Source: Patescibacteria group bacterium
GTDB lineage: Bacteria; Patescibacteriota; Patescibacteriia; Patescibacteriales; GWC2-42-12
DNA: 64,000 nucleotides
NCBI GenBank assembly: GCA_028707005.1
Contig: JAQTVB010000001.1
Span: 755-64,754 of the forward strand
Reading direction: 5' to 3'
The translations under genes were made by a program, and so were the position numbers. Positions 36,086 through 46,007 of this stretch are shown here, in pieces. Below the pieces are notes generated by a model. The model saw only the letters and a program-made list of their open reading frames with translations. It made no database searches and was not told the origin of the DNA. Each line of letters begins with the position of its first letter. Position 1 is the stretch's first letter.

Positions 36086-36418
36086 TTATTTGAACCTAAA
36101 TATTTTTTCTTCAAACTCTTCTATCCTGCCTTTAACCACTTCAACGCCTTCCAATTCCAGCAGTTCATTTTTCTTTTTCGCTCCCCGCGCGTACCCGCCC
36201 AAGCCGCCATCGCTTTTAACCACGCGGTGGCAAGGCGCTTGCGGCGCTTGCGGATTTTTATTCAAAGCATTGCCCACGGCGCGCGCAGCCTTGGGCCTGC
36301 CCAGATGCTTGGCCAGCTCTTGATAAGTCGTAACCCGGCCACGCGGAATTTTTTTCAGCGCTTGCCAGACTTTTTGATTGAATCCGGCTGATTTTATGTT
36401 CTTACATAATGTTGACAT
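36086..36418 (-). CDS. ogt: O6-methylguanine-DNA methyltransferase (MGMT/Ogt family)
   Basis: IPRGRVTTY, ARAVGNAL, PCHRVV active site. Confidence 0.9.
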   Translation of the reverse strand: MSTLCKNIKSAGFNQKVWQALKKIPRGRVTTYQELAKHLGRPKAARAVGNALNKNPQAPQAPCHRVVKSDGGLGGYARGAKKKNELLELEGVEVVKGRIEEFEEKIFRFK

Positions 36419-36466
36419 CTAACAAAAATTAGGCTAATTTAATATTATCACGGCAGAATAAAAACA

Positions 36467-36700
36467 ATGAGAGAAAACAAAATGAACTTTGCAACTTTTA
36501 TTCCTAAACTCGTGGCCAACCTTACCCAGGTCTCAACGCAACGGGTCGGCGAGCAGACGGTTATCCCCCCGGCAATACAGGAGGAAGTAATCAGCAACAT
36601 CGCCGCTGCTATTGAAACACAGTTGTTGACCTACAGAGCCAACAGCCTCAGAGTCGGAGAACTTGTGGCGGCGGTCAGAAACGTAACCGGAGGTTGCTGA
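36467..36700 (+). CDS. Small hypothetical protein
   Basis: TTGACA upstream; strong terminator CTCGCCCGG...CCGGGCGAG-T7 at 36719-36753. Confidence 0.65.
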   Translation: MRENKMNFATFIPKLVANLTQVSTQRVGEQTVIPPAIQEEVISNIAAAIETQLLTYRANSLRVGELVAAVRNVTGGC

Positions 36701-36863
36701 TCTGATCATCTCTCCCCGCTCGCCCGGTGTCTTAGCGCCGGGCGAGTTTTTTTATTTAAAAACAATACGAATTACGAATCAATTACTAATTTACCAATTC
36801 AATCGCTGATTTACCTAAATTTATTCGTAAATTCGTATAGAATTCGTAATTTGTATTGTTAAA

Positions 36864-37205
36864 CTATTTTATCAGCGCCTTAATGTTATCCGGCAAATTA
36901 TTCACGTCGACATTATTCAAATTAAGGTTGCCGGCCGAACCTTTAAGCAAATCCTGCACAGAACTGCCACCTAGCAACTCCTGATACTGGCCCATATAAG
37001 TCTTTAAAAGCGGCGGCAAATAAATCAAACCCAGAATCAGCGGCACGACAATCAATAGTAAATAGATCACGCTGATAATCTTCTGCAAAGTAATGTAGCG
37101 CTTGATGCTTTTGGTCAAGCGATAAATCTCCTGGCTATATTCCAGGTTTTGTTCCAATAATTTTTTAATCTGCTCTGTTTCGTTAGTTTTGTTTTCTTCA
37201 TCCAT
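36864..37205 (-). CDS. Hypothetical single-TM protein
   Basis: Coiled N-terminus plus one TM helix. Confidence 0.75.
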   Translation of the reverse strand: MDEENKTNETEQIKKLLEQNLEYSQEIYRLTKSIKRYITLQKIISVIYLLLIVVPLILGLIYLPPLLKTYMGQYQELLGGSSVQDLLKGSAGNLNLNNVDVNNLPDNIKALIK

Positions 37206-37312
37206 AAATTACCAATCAACAAATCAGCTACGAATAACACGAATACTCATAGAAAATTTGTAAATTTTTTTATTATTTGTGTCATTTGTGAATTAATTTG
37301 TTGATTTGTAAT

Positions 37313-38146
37313 TCATCTTACTTCACACCTCTCAACATATCTCCGCCCAATCTCCGCCATTTCGTTCATCTGCCGCGTGTTATACGGCACCCGGCCCTTT
37401 AAAGCCTCGTCCACCAAATCGACCCGGCTTTGAAAATTCTGCAGATACCAAAGCGCCGCACCCTTGATGATTTTTCCCATGGCCGCAATATCATTTCGAT
37501 CTATCAACTCCGGCACCACGGTTGTCCTGAATTCATAGGGCAAACCGTTCGCCATAACTATTTTAACACTTTCTTGAATTTTTTTTAAGTCTGCCGCCGC
37601 GCCGACAACTGCTTGGTATTTATCCAATGGCGCTTTAAGATCCATGGCCCAATAATCGATCAGCCCTTCCCTGATGAGCAATTCCAGCATCGCAGGATTG
37701 GTGCCGTTGGTGTCTAATTTCACTAAAAAGCCCAACGCTTTTATTTTTTTTGCAAATTCAGGCAAATCTCGCTGGAGCGTTGGCTCGCCGCCGGTAATCA
37801 CCACGGCATCCAGCTTCTTTAGCCGCGATTTCAAGAAGACAAAAAAGTCATCCTGGGTAATTAAAGGATGAACTTTTTGTTGCCCGCTAAGCGGGTTAGC
37901 GCCTGAGCGGGCATATTTCAACTTGCCATCCCTTGCCTGTGCGACTCCGGTCTTAATGGGCAAACCCGCGACAGTATTAACGAAAGAAGCGGGCTTGCCC
38001 GCCGAAGCTTCAGCGCAGGCGGGCCAGACAAGCATGGGGTTATAGCAAAAATGACAACGGAAATTGCAGCCTTGAGTAAAAACAATCGCGCTCACCTTTC
38101 CGGGATAATCCAATAAGCTGAATTTTTGTAAACCACCAATGGTCAT
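37313..38146 (-). CDS. nrdG: Anaerobic RNR activating radical SAM enzyme with insertion
   Basis: GGLQKFSLLDYPG, CNFRCHFC, VVITGGEPT, KLDTNG, YEFRTT; downstream of nrdD. Confidence 0.92.
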   Translation of the reverse strand: MTIGGLQKFSLLDYPGKVSAIVFTQGCNFRCHFCYNPMLVWPACAEASAGKPASFVNTVAGLPIKTGVAQARDGKLKYARSGANPLSGQQKVHPLITQDDFFVFLKSRLKKLDAVVITGGEPTLQRDLPEFAKKIKALGFLVKLDTNGTNPAMLELLIREGLIDYWAMDLKAPLDKYQAVVGAAADLKKIQESVKIVMANGLPYEFRTTVVPELIDRNDIAAMGKIIKGAALWYLQNFQSRVDLVDEALKGRVPYNTRQMNEMAEIGRRYVERCEVR

Positions 38147-38223
38147 AATGCGAATACTGCGAATTAATCGCGAATACTGCGAATTAATATTTGCGGCATT
38201 CGCATATCATTCGCGGATTCGCA

Positions 38224-38364
38224 TTAATTTTGATTCACTTTATAAGTCTTGCGATTATAATACTCGGCCTGTTTGCCGTCGTTCCATTGCTGGACCGGCC
38301 GTAAATAACCGACGACGCGGGAATAAACTTCGCAAGCGGTTCTCTTGGTTTCAATGGGGCTCAT
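38224..38364 (-). CDS. Separately encoded NrdD C-terminal glycyl-radical peptide (46 aa)
   Basis: MSPIETKRTACEVYSRVVGYLRPVQQWNDGKQAEYYNRKTYKVNQN*. Confidence 0.9.
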   Translation of the reverse strand: MSPIETKRTACEVYSRVVGYLRPVQQWNDGKQAEYYNRKTYKVNQN

Positions 38365-38370
38365 AGATAA

Positions 38371-38510
38371 TTTTCAATTTTCAATTTACTAATTTTCAAT
38401 CAATTTTCAATGCAACAATTCTTAAATTTTCAATTGGTTTTATCCGCCGTTTGAAAATTGAAAATTGTAAATTCATTGAAAATTGAAAACTGTAAATTGA
38501 AAATTTTTAT
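38371..38510. repeat. Inverted heptamer-array hairpin (AATTTTC / GAAAATT)
   Basis: ttttcaattttcaatt... versus ...ttgaaaattgaaaatt. Confidence 0.8.
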
Positions 38511-38536
38511 TTTATTTTTTATTTACAATAAATATT

Positions 38537-38698
38537 TTAACAATGAGTATTTATGCAATAATCTATTGCACCTACTATTATAAACGGCATCACACAAAAT
38601 AAAACAACTAAAAGAAATATGACAAGCAAAATAGTAAAAAATAACTGATGTTTTTGAGATTCTCCCTTAATTTTAAATTTTACATTGTCATTTTCCAT
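38537..38698 (-). CDS. 53-aa single-TM small protein
   Basis: MENDNVKFKIKGESQKHQLFFTILLVIFLLVVLFCVMPFIIVGAIDYCINTHC*. Confidence 0.45.
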   Translation of the reverse strand: MENDNVKFKIKGESQKHQLFFTILLVIFLLVVLFCVMPFIIVGAIDYCINTHC

Positions 38699-38719
38699 TT
38701 TGATTTTTACATTTTCAAC

Positions 38720-40789
38720 TTATATCAACGCGTGTTCAATCTCTTTGGCCACTTCCTCCTTAGGCGTATAACCGATCTCTTGGTCGCACTTGGGGCAGAA
38801 AAAATGTTCGCCGGCCAGATAACCGTGCTTGGGGCAGACGGAAAAGGTCGGCGTAACCGTAAAGTACGGCAAACGATAGCGATTGACTATCTTCTGCACC
38901 AAACTCTTGACCGCTTCGGCCGAGGGCATGGCCTCGCCGATAAAACCGTGCAAAACCGTGCCGCCGGTATATTTGGTCTGCATTTCATCCTGCAAATCCA
39001 AAGCTTCAAACAAGTCATGCGTATAATTCACTGGTAAGTGGCTGGAATTGGTATAGTAGGGCGAAGCTTTGCCGGCTTCCACCGCTTCGTTATTGGCCAC
39101 AATAATATCTTTATATTTATCTTTATCAATTCTGGACAAGCGCCGGGTTACGCCCTCGGCCGGCGTGGCTTCCAGGTTGTATAGATGATTGGTTTTTCCT
39201 TGATAATCCAGAACTTTATTTCTCATGTAATCCAAAACCTGCAAAGCAAATTCCCGGCCCTCCGGCGTGACAATGCCTTTCTTGATCGGCGCAAAATTCA
39301 GCAAAGCTTCATTCATGCCGATAATGCCGATGGTGGAGAAATGATTATTCCAAAAGCCGCCGAAGCGCTCTCTAATATTATTTAAATAATATTTAGCGTA
39401 AGGATAAAGCCCTTTTTCCGTTAAATCTTCCAGCGCCTTGCGTTTTATTTCCAGGCTCTCCGAGGCAATCTGCATTAAATTATCCAGCCGTTCAAAAAAT
39501 TCTTCTTTAGTCTTGGATAAATAGCCGACGCGCGGCAAATTAACGGTGACCACGCCGATGGAACCGGTCAAAGGGTTGGCCGCGAACAAACCGCCGCCTC
39601 GTTTTCTTAATTCGCGATTATCCAGGCGCAGACGGCAGCACATAGAACGAGCGTCTTCCGGATTCATGTCGCTATTGATAAAATTGGAAAAATAAGGAAT
39701 GCCGTACTTGGCCGTCATTTCAAAGACCTTGCCGGCGACCGGCGAATCCCACTGGAATTCTTTGGTAATATTGTAAGTCGGGATCGGGAAAGTAAACACC
39801 CGGCCCTTGGCGTCGCCCGCCATCATCAATTCGGCGAAAGCCAAATTAATCATGTCCATTTCCGGCTGAAATTCTTTATACTTCTCCGGCATAATCTTGC
39901 CGCCAATAATCACATTCTCTTCGCCGGTGGTCGGCCCGGGCACTAAATCCATGGTGATGTTAGTAAAAGGCGTCTGAAAACCCACTCTGGTCGGCACGTT
40001 GACGTTAAACAAAAACTCCTGCATGGCTTGCTTAACTTCCTGATAATTAAGATGGTCGTATCTGACGAATGGCGCTAAATAAGTGTCAAAATTGGAAAAA
40101 GCTTCAGCTCCGGCCACTTCGCCCTGCAAAGTATAGAAAAAATTAATAATTTGCCCTAAGGCCGTCCTTAGATGCTTGGCCGGCCGGGATTCAACCTTGC
40201 CGGAAACTCCGCCAAAACCGCGGATTAAAAGATCTTTTAGATCCCAGCCGGCGCAATAAGCGGCTAACAATTGGAGATCATGAAGATGCAAATCTCCGTT
40301 TTTATGGGCATCTCTGATGTTTTGCGTATAAACCTGGTTTAACCAATAATTAGAAGAAATCGCTGAAGCCAAATGATTATTTAAGCCCTGCAGCGAGTAG
40401 CTCATGTTGGAATTTTCTTTAACGCGCCAATCACTCTGCTTCAGATAGCCTTCCATCAATTCATCGGAATTGATCATGGATTTCATCTCGCGCAGGCGCG
40501 CGCGCTGATCGCGGTACAGAATATAGGCTTTAGCGGTTTTAATCTGCCGGTTCTTAATTAAAATTTCTTCCACCAAATCCTGCACCTCTTCCACCGCCGG
40601 AATGGAGCGGGCGTGAAATTTCTCATTCAAAGTCGCCACCACCTGGTCAGCGAACTTTTTCGCCAAAAACATATCAGGCTTGCCCACGGCTTCGGTTGCT
40701 TTATAAATCGCGTTTACCAATTTAGTCTGGTCAAACGGCGCGATTTCTCCGGAACGTTTTAATATTTGGTTAATCGTATTCTCCGCCAT
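38720..40789 (-). CDS. nrdD: Class III ribonucleotide reductase catalytic body with ATP-cone, lacking the Gly-radical tail
   Basis: ATP-cone, YCAGW, SMCCRL, EATPAEG, YTGGTV, CPKH...CPKC then stop. Confidence 0.95.
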   Translation of the reverse strand: MAENTINQILKRSGEIAPFDQTKLVNAIYKATEAVGKPDMFLAKKFADQVVATLNEKFHARSIPAVEEVQDLVEEILIKNRQIKTAKAYILYRDQRARLREMKSMINSDELMEGYLKQSDWRVKENSNMSYSLQGLNNHLASAISSNYWLNQVYTQNIRDAHKNGDLHLHDLQLLAAYCAGWDLKDLLIRGFGGVSGKVESRPAKHLRTALGQIINFFYTLQGEVAGAEAFSNFDTYLAPFVRYDHLNYQEVKQAMQEFLFNVNVPTRVGFQTPFTNITMDLVPGPTTGEENVIIGGKIMPEKYKEFQPEMDMINLAFAELMMAGDAKGRVFTFPIPTYNITKEFQWDSPVAGKVFEMTAKYGIPYFSNFINSDMNPEDARSMCCRLRLDNRELRKRGGGLFAANPLTGSIGVVTVNLPRVGYLSKTKEEFFERLDNLMQIASESLEIKRKALEDLTEKGLYPYAKYYLNNIRERFGGFWNNHFSTIGIIGMNEALLNFAPIKKGIVTPEGREFALQVLDYMRNKVLDYQGKTNHLYNLEATPAEGVTRRLSRIDKDKYKDIIVANNEAVEAGKASPYYTNSSHLPVNYTHDLFEALDLQDEMQTKYTGGTVLHGFIGEAMPSAEAVKSLVQKIVNRYRLPYFTVTPTFSVCPKHGYLAGEHFFCPKCDQEIGYTPKEEVAKEIEHALI

Positions 40790-40865
40790 ATCATTTTGTT
40801 TAATATAAATTTAATTTTCTCACCGCTTGCCTCGCCGAAGTTTTAGCGAAGGCGGGAATCCGGAT

Positions 40866-41351
40866 TTATTTTTTTGTTTTCTTGCTTTCTTGCTTTCTTG
40901 TTTTCTTCAGCAGCTTGTTCAATTCCCGCCTGAATTCGTGGGCGTCTTTAAATGATTCATAAACACTGGCGAAACGGATATAGGCAACCTGATCAAACCG
41001 CTTCAAATTCTTCATGACGATTTGCCCGATATGGTCCGAAGTTACTTCGTTTTTCCTTAAAATTTGCAAGTCGCGCTCAATCAGATTAACCAGCTTCTTG
41101 AAGTTATCGTCCGTGACCGGCCTTTTTTCCAAGGCTCGCTTCAAGCCTTTGACTAACTTCTCTCTGGAATATGATTCTTTGCGGCCATCGCGCTTAACCA
41201 CTACCAGATCCAGAATTTCCACCTCCTCATAAGTAGAAAACCTAAAACCACACTTTAAGCACTCGCGCCTCCGTCTGATAGACAAGCCGTCTGCCGCCAC
41301 TCTGGAGTCAATCACCTTGGAATCTTCATAATAACAGGCTGGACATCTCAT
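40866..41351 (-). CDS. nrdR: Transcriptional repressor NrdR
   Basis: MRCPAC...SKVIDSR...IRRRREC..C, ATP-cone, VAYIRFASVY. Confidence 0.98.
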   Translation of the reverse strand: MRCPACYYEDSKVIDSRVAADGLSIRRRRECLKCGFRFSTYEEVEILDLVVVKRDGRKESYSREKLVKGLKRALEKRPVTDDNFKKLVNLIERDLQILRKNEVTSDHIGQIVMKNLKRFDQVAYIRFASVYESFKDAHEFRRELNKLLKKTRKQESKKTKK

Positions 41352-41509
41352 ATAAGACACTAAGTTACACGGATTAGAAACCAATTTACACAAATTAAAT
41401 TTGTGTTCATTCGTCCATAATTTGTGTTAATCTGCGTCTACCCCAAATAAAAAAGCACCTATGCTGCCAAAAAATCATAAAAAGTGCTTTATCGGGCGGG
41501 AGGGAAATT

Positions 41510-41563
41510 AACCATATCTTGTGATTGCTAATTTAATTATACCACTAGGGATAGTATGGTCAA
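41510..41563 (-). promoter_or_regulatory. nrd operon promoter with two putative NrdR boxes
   Basis: TTGACC-16-(TGg)TATAAT; CACAAGATATGGTT (41510-41523) and TACTATCCCTAGTG (41543-41556). Confidence 0.6.
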
Positions 41564-41724
41564 GTTCAAGCCCTTTGGCTAATTTTAGTTTAGTTTTTCA
41601 AAAATATTTCACAATGTTTCGTTTTGATTTCCCACTGCTCGATTCGAGGCTGTGGATATGTGGATATGTCGGCACCGACCAGGCGAATTCGGCCGCGATT
41701 GGCGCCGGCTGACCTGAAAAAAAA

Positions 41725-42528
41725 TTATTCAGCGCTAAATCTGGCCAGTTGCCCATTCTTAAGGTTGCGGCGATAAACCATAAACAGAAATAGGCTCATC
41801 GCTACCAAATAGAGCAAGGCTAGGCCAGCGCCGATCAAAAAATTATTCAATAATGGGGCTGTTGGATCGCCATTAACGATGCCGCGCAGGCTTTCAAAGA
41901 CATAAGAAGGCGGAATCGCCTTGGCAACTATCTGCAAACTCGCCGGCAGAGTGGCTACCGGATAAAAAACGCCGGCAAAAACCGACAAAGCAAAAGGTAT
42001 GGGCCAACCCAGCCACTCGGCTGCCGGGCCAAAACGCAGAATAATCGCAGTCATCAACAAGCCCAGGGCTATGCCGAAAATCAAGAGCACCACCAAGAAC
42101 GGCAAAACGGCCAGGCCAACCCTAAAAATGTCATAGCCGAAAGCCAGGCCAGCGAACAAGGCGTTAATAAGAAAGGCGGCAACGCCAGTGGTCAGGCCGG
42201 TCACCACCAAGCCGGCGACATATTCTTTAAGCCGCAGAGGCGAAGCAAAAAAATTGACGAAATTCTGCGTCCAGACATCTTCTAAGAATCCGGTCATTAA
42301 GCCGTGCATAATCCGGCTGAAAAAATCCCAAAGAATAATTGCGCCTAAAATCACGTTAGCAAAAGTAAAAGTCGCCTGGCCGAAAGTGCTTAAATAGCGA
42401 TTAATGAACCCCCACATCACGATGTCCAGCAACGGCCAGAGGAAAATTGCGACCAAGCGCACCGGGTTGCCTTTAAATAGAAAAAGCTGGCGGACAAAGA
42501 TGGCGTAAATTTTGCATAGCATCATCAT
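41725..42528 (-). CDS. ABC-2 type exporter permease
   Basis: About 6 TM; GVFYPVATLP; adjacent to ATPase. Confidence 0.9.
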   Translation of the reverse strand: MMMLCKIYAIFVRQLFLFKGNPVRLVAIFLWPLLDIVMWGFINRYLSTFGQATFTFANVILGAIILWDFFSRIMHGLMTGFLEDVWTQNFVNFFASPLRLKEYVAGLVVTGLTTGVAAFLINALFAGLAFGYDIFRVGLAVLPFLVVLLIFGIALGLLMTAIILRFGPAAEWLGWPIPFALSVFAGVFYPVATLPASLQIVAKAIPPSYVFESLRGIVNGDPTAPLLNNFLIGAGLALLYLVAMSLFLFMVYRRNLKNGQLARFSAE

Positions 42529-42542
42529 AGACTTGTTAAGCG

Positions 42543-43289
42543 CTATCGCTCAAAAGTTAACGGCTCCCTGGCCACAGCAATGAATAGCTCTTCCAAATCC
42601 TTCTTCCCCTGTAGAGCGGGCAAAGTCTTGGGGTCGCCGGCCAATAAAACTTTGCCATGGGACATAAAAAGCACGCGGCCGCAAACATCGGTAATTTCCG
42701 CCATATTATGCGAGGTCCAAAGCACGGCGGCGCCGCTTTTTTTTACATAATCTTTAATAATCTGCCTGATTAAATGCGCGATACTCGGATCCAAAGAAGC
42801 TGTCGGCTCGTCGAGCAACAGCAGCTTAGGCTCATTAATAATGGCCTTGGCTAAATTTAAGCGGCTGGCTTCGCCGGAAGATAAAAGTCCGACCTTAGTT
42901 TTGGCAAATTTCTGCAAAGAAAAATCTGCCAATAAAAAATTTATGCGCTGCTGCAGGTTTTTCACGCCATAAAGCAGGCCGAAAATATAAAGATTCTGGC
43001 GAACCGTTAAATTGGCGGGCAAATGCGCGTAAACAGCGGCAAAATTAGTCTGGCGGCTGATTGCCTCGCGCTGAGTTTTCAAATCTTTGCCTAAGATTTC
43101 AATCCTGCCGGCGCTCGGCTCCAAAATGCCCAAAATCATATTGATGGTCGTGGTTTTGCCCGCGCCATTGGGGCCCAAGAGGCCGACGATTTCTCCGGCT
43201 TTAATCTCAAAAGAAACCTGATCAACCGCTTTAACCGCCCGATATTGCTTTGTCAGCTTATTAAGACGTAAAATTGTTTCTTGGGACAT
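42543..43289 (-). CDS. ABC transporter ATP-binding protein
   Basis: GPNGAGKTT, LSSGE, LLLDEPT. Confidence 0.96.
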   Translation of the reverse strand: MSQETILRLNKLTKQYRAVKAVDQVSFEIKAGEIVGLLGPNGAGKTTTINMILGILEPSAGRIEILGKDLKTQREAISRQTNFAAVYAHLPANLTVRQNLYIFGLLYGVKNLQQRINFLLADFSLQKFAKTKVGLLSSGEASRLNLAKAIINEPKLLLLDEPTASLDPSIAHLIRQIIKDYVKKSGAAVLWTSHNMAEITDVCGRVLFMSHGKVLLAGDPKTLPALQGKKDLEELFIAVAREPLTFER

Positions 43290-43297
43290 GTGAACTT

Positions 43298-44266
43298 TTA
43301 TTTTTTAATAAAACGTCGGTAAGCCTTTTTGCCCAAATAATATAAGAGCCAAATAACCAAGGCATAAACTATCAACGCCGGCAGGACAACAACTAAAAAG
43401 CCAATCAAACCGTCAACAAAATTCTGGCCATTGACCAATAGCTGCTTAACCGAGTTTTTCACTACCTGCCAGGGGCGCCAGTCGTCCGCTGCCGGCGCAA
43501 TCGTTACGTCTTCGCTGATATTTGCCGTAATGGTGGACATATCGGTTTGAGAATCAAGGTAGCGCTGCTGGCCCTCCAGCTGTTCAATCTCGCCCCGCAC
43601 CGCGGCCAACTCTTTGGTCACGGCTAAAATTTCTTCCATCTTGCCCGAACGATTTAATAAGGCTAAAAAGGAAGCCTCCTCGGCGCGCTTATTTTTTAGA
43701 CACGCCTCCAGGTCAATATACTCGGCGGTGATATCTTGAGCGTTAGTGGATTCGGATAAAACCTGCGTAGCCACTTTTTTAATTGCCGTGAAAGCGGCGG
43801 TAAAATGGTTAAAGGGCACGCGCACGGTGATGGAGCCGGCTTTAACGCCGCGGCTTGATTCATAAAAATTTGAATTGGCCACTTCCCCTTGGTTTATTTT
43901 AGCGATATTGGCAATTGCTTCAGCGGCGCTCTCTGTTTTCTCCACCTTAAGGCTTAAACTGCCGGTTCTAATCACCTTTTTTTCTGCAGTTGCGCCAGAA
44001 TTGGCAACTGCAGAACCGCTCGCGCCGGCCGATGAGGCCATGTCTTGCGCCACTTCACCTTTAAAAACGACATTGCTCATGGCCGATGGCGACATGAGCG
44101 ATAAAGCGCCGGCAACACCCGACTCTTCGGCGGCAATATTATAACTGATGCTATGAGTGGTTGCCGCGCCTTGGCCCAGGCTCTTAACCATAATCACCAG
44201 GCCAACATAAAAAACCGCTAGCACCAGCAGAGCGATTCCGGCAATTTTTAAAATTTTTTTTGTCAT
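43298..44266 (-). CDS. DUF4349-like membrane protein
   Basis: KKVIRTGSLSL, ITVRVP, DITAEYIDLEA, VRGEIEQLEGQ; C-terminal TM. Confidence 0.82.
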   Translation of the reverse strand: MTKKILKIAGIALLVLAVFYVGLVIMVKSLGQGAATTHSISYNIAAEESGVAGALSLMSPSAMSNVVFKGEVAQDMASSAGASGSAVANSGATAEKKVIRTGSLSLKVEKTESAAEAIANIAKINQGEVANSNFYESSRGVKAGSITVRVPFNHFTAAFTAIKKVATQVLSESTNAQDITAEYIDLEACLKNKRAEEASFLALLNRSGKMEEILAVTKELAAVRGEIEQLEGQQRYLDSQTDMSTITANISEDVTIAPAADDWRPWQVVKNSVKQLLVNGQNFVDGLIGFLVVVLPALIVYALVIWLLYYLGKKAYRRFIKK

Positions 44267-44310
44267 AAGCTAGATGAATTATAAATTAACGGATAATTCT
44301 TAAAAACTAT

Positions 44311-45228
44311 TTAATTGCTCACTTGAAAATATTTATCGCTGCCATTCCAGCCCCGGCTACCCTGAAAAATTCCTTTGCCGCCAGCCGGGGTGGGCGCGCT
44401 TAAGCCAGAAAGGCTCACTGCCGCGTCTTTGTTCTCCAAATTGGCATACAAAGCGCACTGGCCAGAATCAGTTACTAGATATTTATAATTGGACGCGGCC
44501 TCTGTGCCGGTCTTGGGGTCGCGAATGTTCTTCGGGATATTGGCGCTATACTGCGGATATTTAGCCGCGTATTCGGCGATCAGCTCGTTTAAATCATACT
44601 CGCCCGCCCCGGCGCCGGGCAATAAACAGCCAAGGCTGAAAAAGCGCCCAATCTCGCTTAAGTCGTTCATTCGCTTGGCGTCGCGCGCTTTGACCATGGC
44701 ACCGCCCAAATAAACAACAGTCAGGCTGGCTAAGACGCCGATGATGGCGATAACCAGTAAAACTTCAATTAGAGTAAAAGCTTTGGTTGATTTGGGCATC
44801 CGTTTTTTATCTCTAAAAATAAAGGTGAAAAGAATAAAAAAAATAATGCAAGGCACTATTGCCGTTCCCCAGAACGACAATTGATATAAAATTAATATGA
44901 TCCATGAATTTGGTAATTTCGCGGCCGAAGACATGAATGAAACAGGTATTATAAATGTACCTATCCCAACCAGTGTTAAAGCACTCACCCGTTTTAGCCA
45001 TAATAAAGATAGCTTGTCTTTTGTAAGTTCAAAAAATATATATATAACAAAATAGATAGCGATGACAATACTATAAGAAAGTACGATATTATCTGATTTT
45101 GTCTTATCATAAATATTAAAAAAATTATACATTACACCCGAAAAAAACATAGCAACTACTATGACAAATTGAATTCTGTTTTCAATTTCCTTGATGATAG
45201 TTTTTTTGTCAATATTTTCGTTACTCAT
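44311..45228 (-). CDS. In-frame fusion: AT-rich 4-TM region plus type IV pilin/pseudopilin (pilin part 44311-44799)
   Basis: KAFTLIEVLLVIAIIGVLASL...KARDAKR, DPK; internal ATG at 44799. Confidence 0.75.
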   Translation of the reverse strand: MSNENIDKKTIIKEIENRIQFVIVVAMFFSGVMYNFFNIYDKTKSDNIVLSYSIVIAIYFVIYIFFELTKDKLSLLWLKRVSALTLVGIGTFIIPVSFMSSAAKLPNSWIILILYQLSFWGTAIVPCIIFFILFTFIFRDKKRMPKSTKAFTLIEVLLVIAIIGVLASLTVVYLGGAMVKARDAKRMNDLSEIGRFFSLGCLLPGAGAGEYDLNELIAEYAAKYPQYSANIPKNIRDPKTGTEAASNYKYLVTDSGQCALYANLENKDAAVSLSGLSAPTPAGGKGIFQGSRGWNGSDKYFQVSN

Positions 45229-45330
45229 AGTATTCCTTAACTTTACCATTCTTAAACCAATTTTTCAACTTCGCTAAAACACAAAAACACCGTCCCCTCC
45301 TAAACGGTGTTTTGCGTTTTATAAAAAAGG

Positions 45331-45691
45331 TTATTTTAAAAACCTTTTATAAACCAACAACCCGCCTTGGGCTAAAAGCCAGCCAAGCACGGAAAAAACT
45401 GCATACCACGCATACATGGCCCACATTCCCCAACTGATAATTAACAACGGTGCAGCTATAATCAACCGGCACCACCAATATTTTTTGTCTATGAATATAA
45501 AAGAAAATAATGAAGCAAACAAAGAAATAGATTAAATTGGGCCCTATTATAAATAGATTTGGTGATATAGCTTCAGGTCGCATTGCTACAACATACAAGT
45601 CGCCAAATATTTTTCTCGTAAACCAAGCTATTATGGTTGACGCTATAAAAATTAAAATAATTTTTATAACCATTTGAATGTTTTTACTCAT
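45331..45691 (-). pseudogene. Frameshifted small membrane protein
   Basis: Two overlapping hydrophobic ORFs (45347-45691, 45331-45522) with a frame switch near 45520. Confidence 0.5.
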
Positions 45692-46007
45692 AAAGTTATT
45701 CTTAATATTTTACTACTTTTAATGAGTAAGCTATATCCGTCTATAGTTATTTTATTCTTTTTCTTTAAATTCTCCAAATGTTTAATAAACGAATTAGGAT
45801 CTCGCTCGATAAATTCTACTCGCTGAGCCGACAGTTTGGCCAACCGGCGCCGAACCATAGTTAACTAGCCCTTGGCTTTGATTTTACCGCCCAAAACAAA
45901 AAACCATGCCGCGGCAAAAATTGGCATGATAAATAAAAACAGAACCCTCCTGCTCATAAAAATTTTAGTTAAGAATTATTTTAATAATTATTAATCAAGC
46001 AAAATAT

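Noticed and set aside
45865-45957. 30-aa Phe-rich ORF MSRRVLFLFIMPIFAAAWFFVLGGKIKAKG as a third leader peptide
   Set aside because: No M-x-K-T start and no downstream terminator/antiterminator pair; reads as a signal-peptide remnant overlapping a likely ftsZ terminator
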